A stretch of DNA of 64,000 bases from an uncultured archaeon (GTDB lineage Archaea; Asgardarchaeota; Thorarchaeia; Thorarchaeales; Thorarchaeaceae), in the NCBI GenBank assembly GCA_964558645.1, contig CAZLEV010000002.1, positions 160,001 through 224,000 of the forward strand, read 5' to 3'. Position numbers and translations under genes: made by a program. Below, piece after piece: positions 1-9,355 of the stretch. Position 1 is the stretch's first letter; the number at the start of each line of letters is the position of its first letter. Below the pieces are notes generated by a model. That model worked only from the letters and a program-made list of their open reading frames with translations. It searched no databases and was not told the DNA's origin.

Positions 1-266
1 TGAGAGCCCTTCTGGCAGGCCTTGTCCAGCATCCCTCGTGAGAGGTCGATTCCCACCACTCGAGTGTTCGAGGCCTTCATGAAGAGCAACGTGTTGTTGC
101 ACGTTCCGCAACCGATATCGAGAATGAGGTTGCCCTCGTTGACAGATGCACCCTTCAGCATTTCGTGGACCATCTGCGGATTACCGCTCCGAACCTGGTC
201 GTATACCTTCGAAACACTGTCGTAGTCAATGGACTTCGAACGGTCACCAGTCCCAGCATCAGTCAT
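1..266 (-). CDS. Class I SAM-dependent methyltransferase (N-terminal part; runs off window start)
   Basis: Not in the ORF track. Manual translation from the ATG at 266 gives MTDAGTGDRSKSIDYDSVSKVYDQVR...LILDIGCGT...VVGIDLSRGMLDKA, containing SAM-binding motifs I and II. Confidence 0.85.
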   Translation of the reverse strand, partial: MTDAGTGDRSKSIDYDSVSKVYDQVRSGNPQMVHEMLKGASVNEGNLILDIGCGTCNNTLLFMKASNTRVVGIDLSRGMLDKACQKGS

Positions 267-474
267 CTTGCAGTGACTCCTTCAGGCGACCAACCGATAG
301 ATGCCTTATATCTAGTCTTCTCTCCAAGTACCACCAGACTGAAGATGTGACAATAGTTGGCTGTGGCGACGGGCATCAATGATAACAAGAAAACTATAAG
401 CAGATTACTCTCACCACTCGTCTGTAGGTAAGACACCTGACATTCAAGATGAACGATCTGGTTCCAATGCAGCG

Positions 475-1452
475 ATGTCAGGTTTGGAGAAAGAATTCGC
501 AGTCACACGGAGGATTACGAGAGTGAGTAATGAGATAAGAGAGGAGGAGAAGGCACCTTCGCATGATTCATCAGCAACTGGTAGAATCTTGGCCGTCGCT
601 GAAGTCATCATTGTGAGATTTGTAGTCTTTGCCCTGCTAGCCCGTGGCCTGCTTCAGCTTGTATACGGGACAGTCAGTCCAGATCCGACACTCCTTGAGG
701 TACCATACCTCATAGGGAGTCTGTGGTTCCTGATACCAGTGCTGATGATTCTTGGACTCAGACGAAATCCTGGTGTGTACGGCCTCACTACTGAGCGAGG
801 ACCGGAGAGTATTGAGCTTGTGCTCGAAGCCTTTCCATTCTTTGTGCTGACAAACGTTGGATTCATCATCCTGGTGTTCATGGGCTGGTCGTACTTGGAA
901 CCTCTGGGGGCTCTTGTCCTAACAGCGTTCTTCGTGCTTGCACTCATGTTGATCACTAATCTTATTCAGAAGAAGTATTCCAACTTCGAACAGCTGGAAG
1001 TCTCTAGGAGGATACACATCAAGAACATGCTTGTGCTTCTCATAGTACTACTATTGCCGATCATCCTGGCCCTGCCTCTGGGGAAGCTTTCAATCACCCT
1101 CGTATCGGTTGTAGTCTGGCAGTTCATCTTCTCGGGCTTCGGGGAGGAGATCTTCTTCCGAGGCTATATCCAGTCGAGGTTGAATGACGCCTTCGGAAGA
1201 CCCTATGAGTGGAGAGGAATCCAGTTCGGTGCAGGCCTCTTCATCGCAGCAGGTATCTTCTCCGTCACGCATATGCTGAACACTGCAGACATATGGGCCG
1301 GTGACTTCAATCTTGCGTGGTGGTGGGGCTCCTTCACGTTTGTGGGAGGGCTCCTCTTCGGCCTGCTACGCGAAAAGACAGGGTCTGTCTTGGCCCCCGG
1401 CCTCCTGCATGGGCTTGAGGCAGTAGGCGAAGGTCTCGGGCTGCTCTTGTAG
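475..1452 (+). CDS. CPBP (Abi/Rce1-like, CAAX-type) intramembrane glutamic protease
   Basis: Multi-TM protein with GEEIFFRG (EExxxR), FSVTH and GLLH motifs. Confidence 0.88.
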   Translation: MSGLEKEFAVTRRITRVSNEIREEEKAPSHDSSATGRILAVAEVIIVRFVVFALLARGLLQLVYGTVSPDPTLLEVPYLIGSLWFLIPVLMILGLRRNPGVYGLTTERGPESIELVLEAFPFFVLTNVGFIILVFMGWSYLEPLGALVLTAFFVLALMLITNLIQKKYSNFEQLEVSRRIHIKNMLVLLIVLLLPIILALPLGKLSITLVSVVVWQFIFSGFGEEIFFRGYIQSRLNDAFGRPYEWRGIQFGAGLFIAAGIFSVTHMLNTADIWAGDFNLAWWWGSFTFVGGLLFGLLREKTGSVLAPGLLHGLEAVGEGLGLLL

Positions 1453-2186
1453 CACCTAGCAGTGGTGTTGCCGTCAGAGGCAAACCGTGCCCCTGCAGCG
1501 GAAACCCTAACCAGGTGATCGGTGCCAGTATCTAAGGTCATCAGCAGATACCGCTCATCTGAAGACGCATAAATCGGTAGGTTGTGGAGTTGGCTGCAAC
1601 CCTTGGCGGCATCCTGTTTTGGTCTGTTTCACTTCTTGATAAACCATTTCTGACACATTGAGGCACCTCAACCTGTCGGAACCTTCTGTGTTCAGCCTGT
1701 CCCCTGCCAGCGTCACCGCCCCCAGCAGTCCCAGAGGACCTGAGGCAGCAGAGGCTTTGTCCGTGCTCATCGGGATGGGATTCCTCCCACGGTCCTGGCT
1801 TCCTCCTCCTGTGCGTGTCCTGAGGCATCACGCTCAGCCACAGTGAGGCTTTCCACAGTTCTTACCACGGCGGGTTCATGATCACCCTTGTTGGCTCCGT
1901 CACCGAAGGCAGCAAGGCTCGATTGAGCAAGGTGAACAGCCGCGGACTCTCCGGGAGCTGATGCGATCCCTTTGGGGAGGAGTATGGACTTCCGTCGAGA
2001 AGTCTGGAACTTCCCTCGGACCTTCGGCCGCGAGCTCCGTGCTACAGCACTGGCCCAATTGCCTAGTCCAGTATGCTAGTCGTGACGCTGGTCGATAATC
2101 TCCTCCCGGTATGGTCTCTTCAGGGGAAAACAAGCAAGAATCTGACACTTTACCTAGAAAAAGGGCATGTTTGCATTTCTCTTGAT

Positions 2187-3509
2187 TCATCGTCGTTTCT
2201 TGCGTGCTTCTCGTCGTGCCTTGCGTTCCGTCCGGTTCTGAAGGATCAGATGGATTGCGGGCAGACTCAAGACGAGGCCGATGATTATCACAGGGCCTGC
2301 CGCTACCAGCCCTCCAATGATGTCAATATTGGGAAACGCCCATCCGCCCGGACTCGTTCCGAATTCCTCTTCTATGAGGTCAAGGTACCACTGAGGAATG
2401 GTGTATTCTGGTTCTTCTATCACATAGATCTCTTCCTCCAGCGCATCGAGATGGCCACACATATCCAGAATATCCAATGCACACTCCAACCACACGAATC
2501 GCTCGCTGCTCAGAGGGGCGTCTGGAAACGGAAGAAACGCGCCGTTCCGCGTCGTCTGACAGGCAAAGACCCAATCTACAATCTTTTCGGAGTCAACATA
2601 GGACAACGCAGTGAGGTTCTCCATGCACATCAAGAAGCGCCGTGTCTTTCGCAATGACTCGGTTATCGTGTGTCCTGAGGAATTATCCCAGTGCTGGAGG
2701 AGATAGTCCAGTGTGTCATCATGCCGGATGTGATCGTCCGCACCCAAGATTCGCAGAGACCAGAGACCGAGGGGTACGAAATCCAAGAGAGAATCTTGAC
2801 TCGGGCGACCCGAGAATCCTCCGTCGTCAGTGTAGCAAGAGAGAACGAAGTCAGTGGCCGCGTCTATGTCGATGGCGTCGAGGCCATCCATGAGATAGAG
2901 TGCCTCAAGAGCGAAATGGGTGACGATGAGATCTGCATACTCGAACACTTCGCTGTACCATTCGACGAAGCCTCCACTGGGTAGTTGTAGGCCTGCAATG
3001 TACTCAATCATAGTATCGTACTTGAGAAGATGTTCAAGACCAAATTCCGGAAAGATATGAAGGGCATCGTTGCAGGTGAAGACCCCGGGCCCGGAACCGG
3101 CTGAGCTGTTGATCAGCTGGTAGAAGTAGCTCCCGGGGTCATCATTATACAGGGACTCTAAGGTGGCTTTGCATGCGGACCAGTCGATTGTGTCAAGCGC
3201 GTCCAACGTCTGCAATGCATAATAGAAATTATCAATGTCACTCATAGATGGGTAGAGTCCCAAACGAGGATCCATGGGTGTGCCCCTTAAGAATGCATAG
3301 AAGTATCCGTCCTCGTGGTACAATGCAAGAATATAATCGATCATTGCCTGACGACGCGTCTTCATTTCTGCAAGAGAGAGCCCCCCGTCCACTGACAAGA
3401 CAGTCTGGTCAACGGACAGCCAAGGACTCGGAGGCGCCACTCTCATCATAGTACAGAGGAGGATGAGCACCATCAATCCTGCAGTCTTTGAGCGCGTTTC
3501 AGGAATCAA
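2187..3509 (-). CDS. Exported, C-terminally anchored prenyltransferase/squalene-cyclase-repeat (alpha/alpha barrel) protein
   Basis: Repeats YIAGLQLPSGGF, FVLSCYTDDGGFSG and WVFACQTTRNGAF resemble GGTase/FTase beta repeats. N-terminal signal-like segment; C-terminal TM plus basic tail. Confidence 0.8.
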   Translation of the reverse strand: MIPETRSKTAGLMVLILLCTMMRVAPPSPWLSVDQTVLSVDGGLSLAEMKTRRQAMIDYILALYHEDGYFYAFLRGTPMDPRLGLYPSMSDIDNFYYALQTLDALDTIDWSACKATLESLYNDDPGSYFYQLINSSAGSGPGVFTCNDALHIFPEFGLEHLLKYDTMIEYIAGLQLPSGGFVEWYSEVFEYADLIVTHFALEALYLMDGLDAIDIDAATDFVLSCYTDDGGFSGRPSQDSLLDFVPLGLWSLRILGADDHIRHDDTLDYLLQHWDNSSGHTITESLRKTRRFLMCMENLTALSYVDSEKIVDWVFACQTTRNGAFLPFPDAPLSSERFVWLECALDILDMCGHLDALEEEIYVIEEPEYTIPQWYLDLIEEEFGTSPGGWAFPNIDIIGGLVAAGPVIIIGLVLSLPAIHLILQNRTERKARREARKKRR

Positions 3510-3545
3510 TCATTGTCACCTCATTCCAACTGGCAACTGCTCTGC

Positions 3546-4535
3546 CTAGTGAGTCCCGATTATCGGGCGAGAGGAAGATCCTCCAGCAGCCTCCCAGACG
3601 AACCCGGGTACACTCACATCCCCGACATGATGCCAATTATCGATAGCTGTCTCTAATGCGGAGAGGAATGCCCAGCACAAGACCAATGTGGCTAGCTCAG
3701 AAACTAGTTCCTCCAGAAAAATTGCTCCGATTCCCGACTTTGCACAAGCAGCAATTGCACCAACAATCGTTCCCACCGTGACTCCTGCTACCAGCGGAAG
3801 AATCAAGAGATTGGTTTCTATCTTGTTCTTCGTTCCCTCATACGCCACTGCTGAGCTGAGCGTTTCAGACCTGGAATACGCGCCATGCACCTTCCAGAAT
3901 GACTGGCTGATTATAGTTGCGGCTCCAATCGTAACAGGACCATAATATGCCATTACAACTTCTATCGAAGTACGATGTCGTAGCGCGGCTACCAAGTCAT
4001 AGTCCATATACGGGTGCTTTCCCAATGCATAACAAGAACTAAGATACAGTAGCTTGCAGCTGCCTTCTTCAAGAGACCACGCGTTGACAATGTTCTTGGT
4101 GAGTTTGCTATTGTATAATGTCACAACGGAATCTCTTATGTTCATGTCGTAATATCCGTGCGCCGATATATGGATTCTATCTGTAGTTTCTATGTATTGC
4201 ATTAGTTTGTTGACCGTGGCGCCTCTGTCCACTGCCGAGTAGATGCTGTATTTGTCGCCATATTTCTCATTGAATTCGACGAAGATATCTCTGACAGACG
4301 CCATCTCATAATACACATCTCCAGATTTCTCTGGGGACATGAAGGCAACAGGATAAGCATCCAGCACTGCAGAGGCTCTGAGAGATTGGGGGTCTATCCT
4401 CATATTGTTACCGGCAGTTCCGATGGCTACTAACCATGGAGTCATGACAAATGCGACTGTTATGGCCGGTAAAATCACATATAGCGTAAGTAACTTGAGG
4501 GCAATTCTCCTCGGAAACAAGTTTCCTTCCTCCAT
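3546..4535 (-). CDS. Membrane-associated CHAT/caspase-like (clan CD) cysteine protease domain protein
   Basis: RIHISAHG and KLLYLSSCY motifs with His and Cys 42 codons apart; N-terminal TM; Gly/Ala-rich hydrophobic C-terminus. Confidence 0.6.
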   Translation of the reverse strand: MEEGNLFPRRIALKLLTLYVILPAITVAFVMTPWLVAIGTAGNNMRIDPQSLRASAVLDAYPVAFMSPEKSGDVYYEMASVRDIFVEFNEKYGDKYSIYSAVDRGATVNKLMQYIETTDRIHISAHGYYDMNIRDSVVTLYNSKLTKNIVNAWSLEEGSCKLLYLSSCYALGKHPYMDYDLVAALRHRTSIEVVMAYYGPVTIGAATIISQSFWKVHGAYSRSETLSSAVAYEGTKNKIETNLLILPLVAGVTVGTIVGAIAACAKSGIGAIFLEELVSELATLVLCWAFLSALETAIDNWHHVGDVSVPGFVWEAAGGSSSRPIIGTH

Positions 4536-4873
4536 CCTTCCACATTACGTGCAACATTCAAGTATAGGCAGTCTTCCTTTATTTTTTTTTCGGCGGATTT
4601 TGGTTCAACGCAAAATGAACATGACATATTATCAAGATATGACATATGATTGCGTTGCACCAACTTCTCTCACTTCCAAAACCCCCTCAACAAAGTGATG
4701 TGAAGCCTTCGTATGTAGACTTCAACAGGACTTGCCTCATCTGCTAGTTGTTATGACCGGGGTCTCGGCGGTTTCCGTATGGCGACGCATCCATCTGTTG
4801 CTCCTAGCGATATGGGTGCACTCAAGTCTGAGATAGACACTTATTTCCATCCTCTACTGTACTACCCGGTAGG

Positions 4874-5777
4874 AATGAACCGGTCAATTGCCAATCTGCT
4901 TGCCATCTTTGGAAGCGTACTGCTTGTAGTATCGGTGATAAGCTCGGTGTACCACGTGAACCTGCGAGCGGAGCAGCCGATAGATATTGGAACATTCAGT
5001 TTCATCTTGCGATCAGGTGGAAGCCTGTCTAGGCCTAATGAGCCAGAGTGGTATCCGCTCACGCACAGCATGTATGATCCCGGAAACATTACCATCCGCA
5101 AGATTCCAGTATTCGAGTCATTTGATGTTCTCCACCAGATTGCTTTCGGACTGTCTATTCTCGAAAATGGCACTGAGAATACGAATCCAGACCCGCTGCC
5201 TCCTAACATCCAGTATGATATGTGGCTTAATGTCAACTCATCAATCATAGTTGTTTCACCCCACAACAGTAGTGAGCATCCTCTTGACCAGATAGAGGCA
5301 CTCCAGCTGAACGAGTCAACAGCAGAACAATCATTCATTAGGCGACACATCAACATGAGGTTCGAAGTGGCTGAAGGCACGACCACCTTCCTCTATGACA
5401 GTGTACGGACAGGGAATAACACTCCATGTGATCCATCAGGGCTTCTCCTAAATCCCGAGGCCCTTACCGTAACCCTCAACCAGTCTTTAACGGTAGGGAT
5501 TGTGTCGAGATGGAGCGCTCGCTTCAACTCCACAGGTGGGTCAGACATCACCTATTCGGGAGAGGCGGTCACATGGCAATTTCTCCTCAATCGAACGGAC
5601 AATGAGACATGCTCTCTTGAGGGATTCTTCCGATGCTTCTTCGGGGATGACAGAGTGAAGGTGCTTGTCCCGTATACTCCCCTAGTCGAAGGGGTCGTCG
5701 CTGTGGGCGGAGTCATCATGCTGGCCATGGCTCTGTATCCATGGAAGAAGAAAGACGACCCTGTCATGGATACTTGA
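4874..5777 (+). CDS. Hypothetical exported protein with N- and C-terminal membrane anchors
   Basis: ORF 4779..5777; likely start MNRSIANLLAIF at 4874. Hydrophobic termini and many N-x-S/T sequons. Confidence 0.7.
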
Positions 5778-5883
5778 GAGAGAGCCTTCTCACCTGATTG
5801 ACCCCCTTACGAAGGAACTATAAGCAAGCCACCATCCAGAGCCAACCATCCGACCTAGGACTACACCTGAGAGGTAGTTTGTC

Positions 5884-7122
5884 ATGCACTTTGAAGAATC
5901 AGATGAAGAAAAAATGTTCCGCGAGGCCGTGCGCGAGTTCGCTGAGAGATACGTTGCACCAGCCTGGCGAGACTATGATAAGAATCATGAGATTCCAAGA
6001 GATTTGATCAAGAAGATGGCTGAGATGCAACTCTGGGCCCCAACGGTCTCCGAGGAATACGGTGGCGCCGGCATCTCCATGACCATGGCCTGTATCGCCG
6101 CAGAGGAACTTGCGCGTGCAGACCTCTCAATCGCACTCCCGGTCATGTATCTGGTCGAGGCATCATGGGGATTCATCTTCGACCTCTACGGTACCCACGA
6201 GGCGAAGAGCGAGATCCTGCCACGGGTCACCAAGGGCGACCTGTTCTTCGGTATCGCCACCACGGAACCCACCGGCGGGTCAGACCTCGTCAACTCGACC
6301 AAGACCATCATCAAGCCCAAGGGCGACGGCTTCGTTGTCAATGGTGAGAAGGTATACATCTCCGGCGTCAACGAGTCCGAGAAATACGGCGGTGTCTACT
6401 TCACGCTAGCGAAGGAGGACCCCAAAGGCGACCACAAGGCTTTCACGTCCTTCATCCTACCGCTCAATATGGGCGACGGGCTCCATCCCGGCATCACCAC
6501 CACCCTGTTCGAGGACATGGGCCGGATGGGCGTCTCCACCGGCGGTTTCAACATCGAGGACGTCGAAATCCCCGAGCACTACATCATCGGTGAGCGCGGG
6601 CGTGGATTCTACTATTCGATGGCCGGTTTTTCAGCAGCCCGCTGCCTCATTGCGGCAACCTGTCTGGGTTCAGCACGAGGATGCTTCGATATAGGCGTAG
6701 ACTACGTGAAACAGCGCAAGCAGTTCGGCAGACCCCTTGCAGCCTTTGAGGGCATCCAGTTTGAGGGGGTTCACCGCTGGATGGCCATGGAGGCAGACAG
6801 GCTTCTCGCCTACAAGGCAGCCTGGCTCATGGATCAGCATTACCGCGAAAACAACAAGTCGGTCTCGCCGTTAGATATCGCACAATGGACTGCTGCAGCA
6901 AAATACAGAGCTCCACATGATGCTCTGGATTTGATTGAAACCGTCATGACTTGGCATGGAGCCTTCGGTTACACCAAGGAATGTCCCCTCGAAGCAGCAT
7001 ACAGAGGAGTTCGGTCATACACAGTTGGCGCTGAGGGTGGCTCGCACATCCAATTAGTCGTCCAAGCAAGAGAAATCTTCGGAAAGGAGAACCTTCCATA
7101 TCGCCAAGACAAGCAGCTTTAA
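5884..7122 (+). CDS. Acyl-CoA dehydrogenase
   Basis: ATTEPTGGSD, NGEKVYISG, RKQFGRPL, HGAFGY and C-terminal AEGG (catalytic Glu position). Confidence 0.96.
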   Translation: MHFEESDEEKMFREAVREFAERYVAPAWRDYDKNHEIPRDLIKKMAEMQLWAPTVSEEYGGAGISMTMACIAAEELARADLSIALPVMYLVEASWGFIFDLYGTHEAKSEILPRVTKGDLFFGIATTEPTGGSDLVNSTKTIIKPKGDGFVVNGEKVYISGVNESEKYGGVYFTLAKEDPKGDHKAFTSFILPLNMGDGLHPGITTTLFEDMGRMGVSTGGFNIEDVEIPEHYIIGERGRGFYYSMAGFSAARCLIAATCLGSARGCFDIGVDYVKQRKQFGRPLAAFEGIQFEGVHRWMAMEADRLLAYKAAWLMDQHYRENNKSVSPLDIAQWTAAAKYRAPHDALDLIETVMTWHGAFGYTKECPLEAAYRGVRSYTVGAEGGSHIQLVVQAREIFGKENLPYRQDKQL

Positions 7123-7134
7123 TGAATCCAATAT

Positions 7135-7180
7135 ATGAGAGAGGGTCGTCCTCTTTCATTCTCTCTTTTTTCTATCTTTC
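7135..7180 (+). terminator. Hairpin plus pyrimidine-tract terminator
   Basis: ATGAGAGAGG-GTCGT-CCTCTTTCAT stem (one G-U pair) followed by TCTCTCTTTTTTCTATCTTTC just after the stop codon. Confidence 0.6.
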
Positions 7181-7409
7181 GTTATGCGTTTTATCGTATG
7201 ATGATTAACTGCAGAGCCAAATTCGTCATAGAATGATTCGCTAATCTCTCACGGCGTCAGGTCTTGTACCCTCATGATCAAAATGAAGTCAATCTCTGCG
7301 CGAGTAAGACGGTCATCTCGGACCTTTCTTTGTGCACAGAGGCTCTGCTGAGAAACTCGAACACAGAGTTTAAGTCGCATGAGAGCAAGTACTGAATTAG
7401 GGAGGAGAA

Positions 7410-9278
7410 TTGAGAACTAGAGTTTTCCCTCTACTGATACTAGTGTTGATGACACTGTCGAATCCATCTGTCCGACCAAGCGTACCATTGTCCACAGAGA
7501 AGGGGTCTTTTTCGGTTGACGCAAATACGTCTTACGCAGTAACAGAAGATACAATCGTTATCTCTTCAAAGTCAGATTTTGAGACCTGGTCATCAAGTGG
7601 AAACGGGACGGAAGAGAACCCCTACATGGTTAGCGGGTTAAACATAGCCAGAGTGGCTCCTGCCCTAGTATTTGAGAATTCTAGATACCATTTCACCCTC
7701 AGAAACTGTAGTTTCGTTGGAGATGGAATTCACGATGCGTATCTGTTGGACCACTTCTTCTCTCTGTCTCCTCGAGAAGCAATTGTTATTCTAGACAATG
7801 TTAGCAACGGGAGGATAATAAACTGCTCTGCGAGTAATATCTCAGTTGGTGTTGCCCTACATAATTCGGAGAACTGTGAAGTCATCAATAGCTCGGTCAC
7901 ACTCTCAGGATGTGGGATTCTTCTGGAGAATTCTACGTCATGTGCTGTTCGCAACAGCGTCATTACCGATTCGTTCTACGGAATCAGTTTCCAAGAAACG
8001 GCTTCATCTCAAGTGTGGGAAAACACACTATCGGACTGTACCGAGTCCGGTATCTACCTCTCTCAGACAACAGCCTGTAGCATTATCAACAATACGATGA
8101 CAGGAGGGGGAATAGAATTTGCCAGATCTGAAGACTCTGCTCTGCGGCATTTCGAGCACGAGATCGAGACCAATGAGGTTGGAGGACGCCAGATTCTCTA
8201 TCTTCGTGAGAATCATAATCGAATGCTGGATTGCAGCGATTATTCACAGATGATTATCGTTGATTCAGACAACATCACACTGAGATCCGGAGAGTTCAGA
8301 AATGTATCAACAGCTGTTTTGCTCGCATTTTCACCTAGGTGCAGAGTGGAAGACAGTACTATCTCGTTTTCAGGCTCGGGAATCTCGATTCGTGAATCAT
8401 ATGATTGCAGCGTCAAGAACATTTCAGCGGCGTTCTGTGGTACTGCTGTTGAGGCGACTTCGTCCGAATCATTCATGGGCAGTGAAAACCATTTCCTGGC
8501 CTGCAATCAGGGCTTCTCTATTATCAACAGCTCCGATTGTGTCATATCACTGAATGATTTGGATGTGATACCAGGGCATCTGCGTGCAAGTGGAATCTGG
8601 GCATTCTATTCAACTGGGCTCTCTATTCTAAACAACTCAATTTACTTGGATAGGAATCATATGAACACCCTATTGAGTCTGCAAAGCACTGCAATAAACC
8701 CAATTTGGATTGGTGGAGGGATAAATCAGATGGATCCTCTCGTTCCGAAACTTGCGCCCGTTCCCCATTATATGTCCGGTGTAGCCATCCATGACATGAA
8801 TAAGGCTTCCATTCGGTACAATAACATATCCGGATTCTCCTATGGCGTCCATATGGCCAGCTGTAACTCATGCGTCATAGCCCGAAACCAGTTCCAGGAA
8901 ATCGTGCATTCATGTGTTACTCTTTTGCCATCTTGTACGAACAATGCCATCTACGGAAATATCTTTCAAGCTGCTAGGACGCCACTCGCAGCAGACTACG
9001 GGATAGGGAACACTTGGTACAACTCTACAAGCGGCGGCAACTACTGGAGCAACTACGGAGGCTGGGGGCCGTATCTGGTTGGCGGAAATGCGTCAAGTAT
9101 TGACTGGTATCCAAATGGGCAAAAGGGATTTCTTCATGTGTTCATCAGTGCTGCCGTTATAGCGGGGGTTTTTGTTATTGTAGTGATTCAATCAAAGATA
9201 CGTGATGGTGAGGTTGCTGTGGCCAAATGCGCTCGTATTTCATCTTCAAACATGTCAATAGGCCAGCAAATGCAATGA
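7410..9278 (+). CDS. Right-handed beta-helix (NosD/CASH) repeat surface protein
   Basis: Signal peptide, GNGTEENPY motif, repeated GIxLxxSxxCxIxNN units, GNYWSNY, C-terminal TM. Confidence 0.88.
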   Translation: MRTRVFPLLILVLMTLSNPSVRPSVPLSTEKGSFSVDANTSYAVTEDTIVISSKSDFETWSSSGNGTEENPYMVSGLNIARVAPALVFENSRYHFTLRNCSFVGDGIHDAYLLDHFFSLSPREAIVILDNVSNGRIINCSASNISVGVALHNSENCEVINSSVTLSGCGILLENSTSCAVRNSVITDSFYGISFQETASSQVWENTLSDCTESGIYLSQTTACSIINNTMTGGGIEFARSEDSALRHFEHEIETNEVGGRQILYLRENHNRMLDCSDYSQMIIVDSDNITLRSGEFRNVSTAVLLAFSPRCRVEDSTISFSGSGISIRESYDCSVKNISAAFCGTAVEATSSESFMGSENHFLACNQGFSIINSSDCVISLNDLDVIPGHLRASGIWAFYSTGLSILNNSIYLDRNHMNTLLSLQSTAINPIWIGGGINQMDPLVPKLAPVPHYMSGVAIHDMNKASIRYNNISGFSYGVHMASCNSCVIARNQFQEIVHSCVTLLPSCTNNAIYGNIFQAARTPLAADYGIGNTWYNSTSGGNYWSNYGGWGPYLVGGNASSIDWYPNGQKGFLHVFISAAVIAGVFVIVVIQSKIRDGEVAVAKCARISSSNMSIGQQMQ

Positions 9279-9355
9279 CTATGATAGCAGAGTATCCAAT
9301 AGGGAGAGATATACTTTGGAGTAAAGAAACCACTACCAAATCAACGCATTCGCGG

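Noticed and set aside
4621-4647. ATGACATAT direct repeat in a divergent promoter region
   Set aside because: Only two 9-bp copies in AT-rich DNA; too weak to call.
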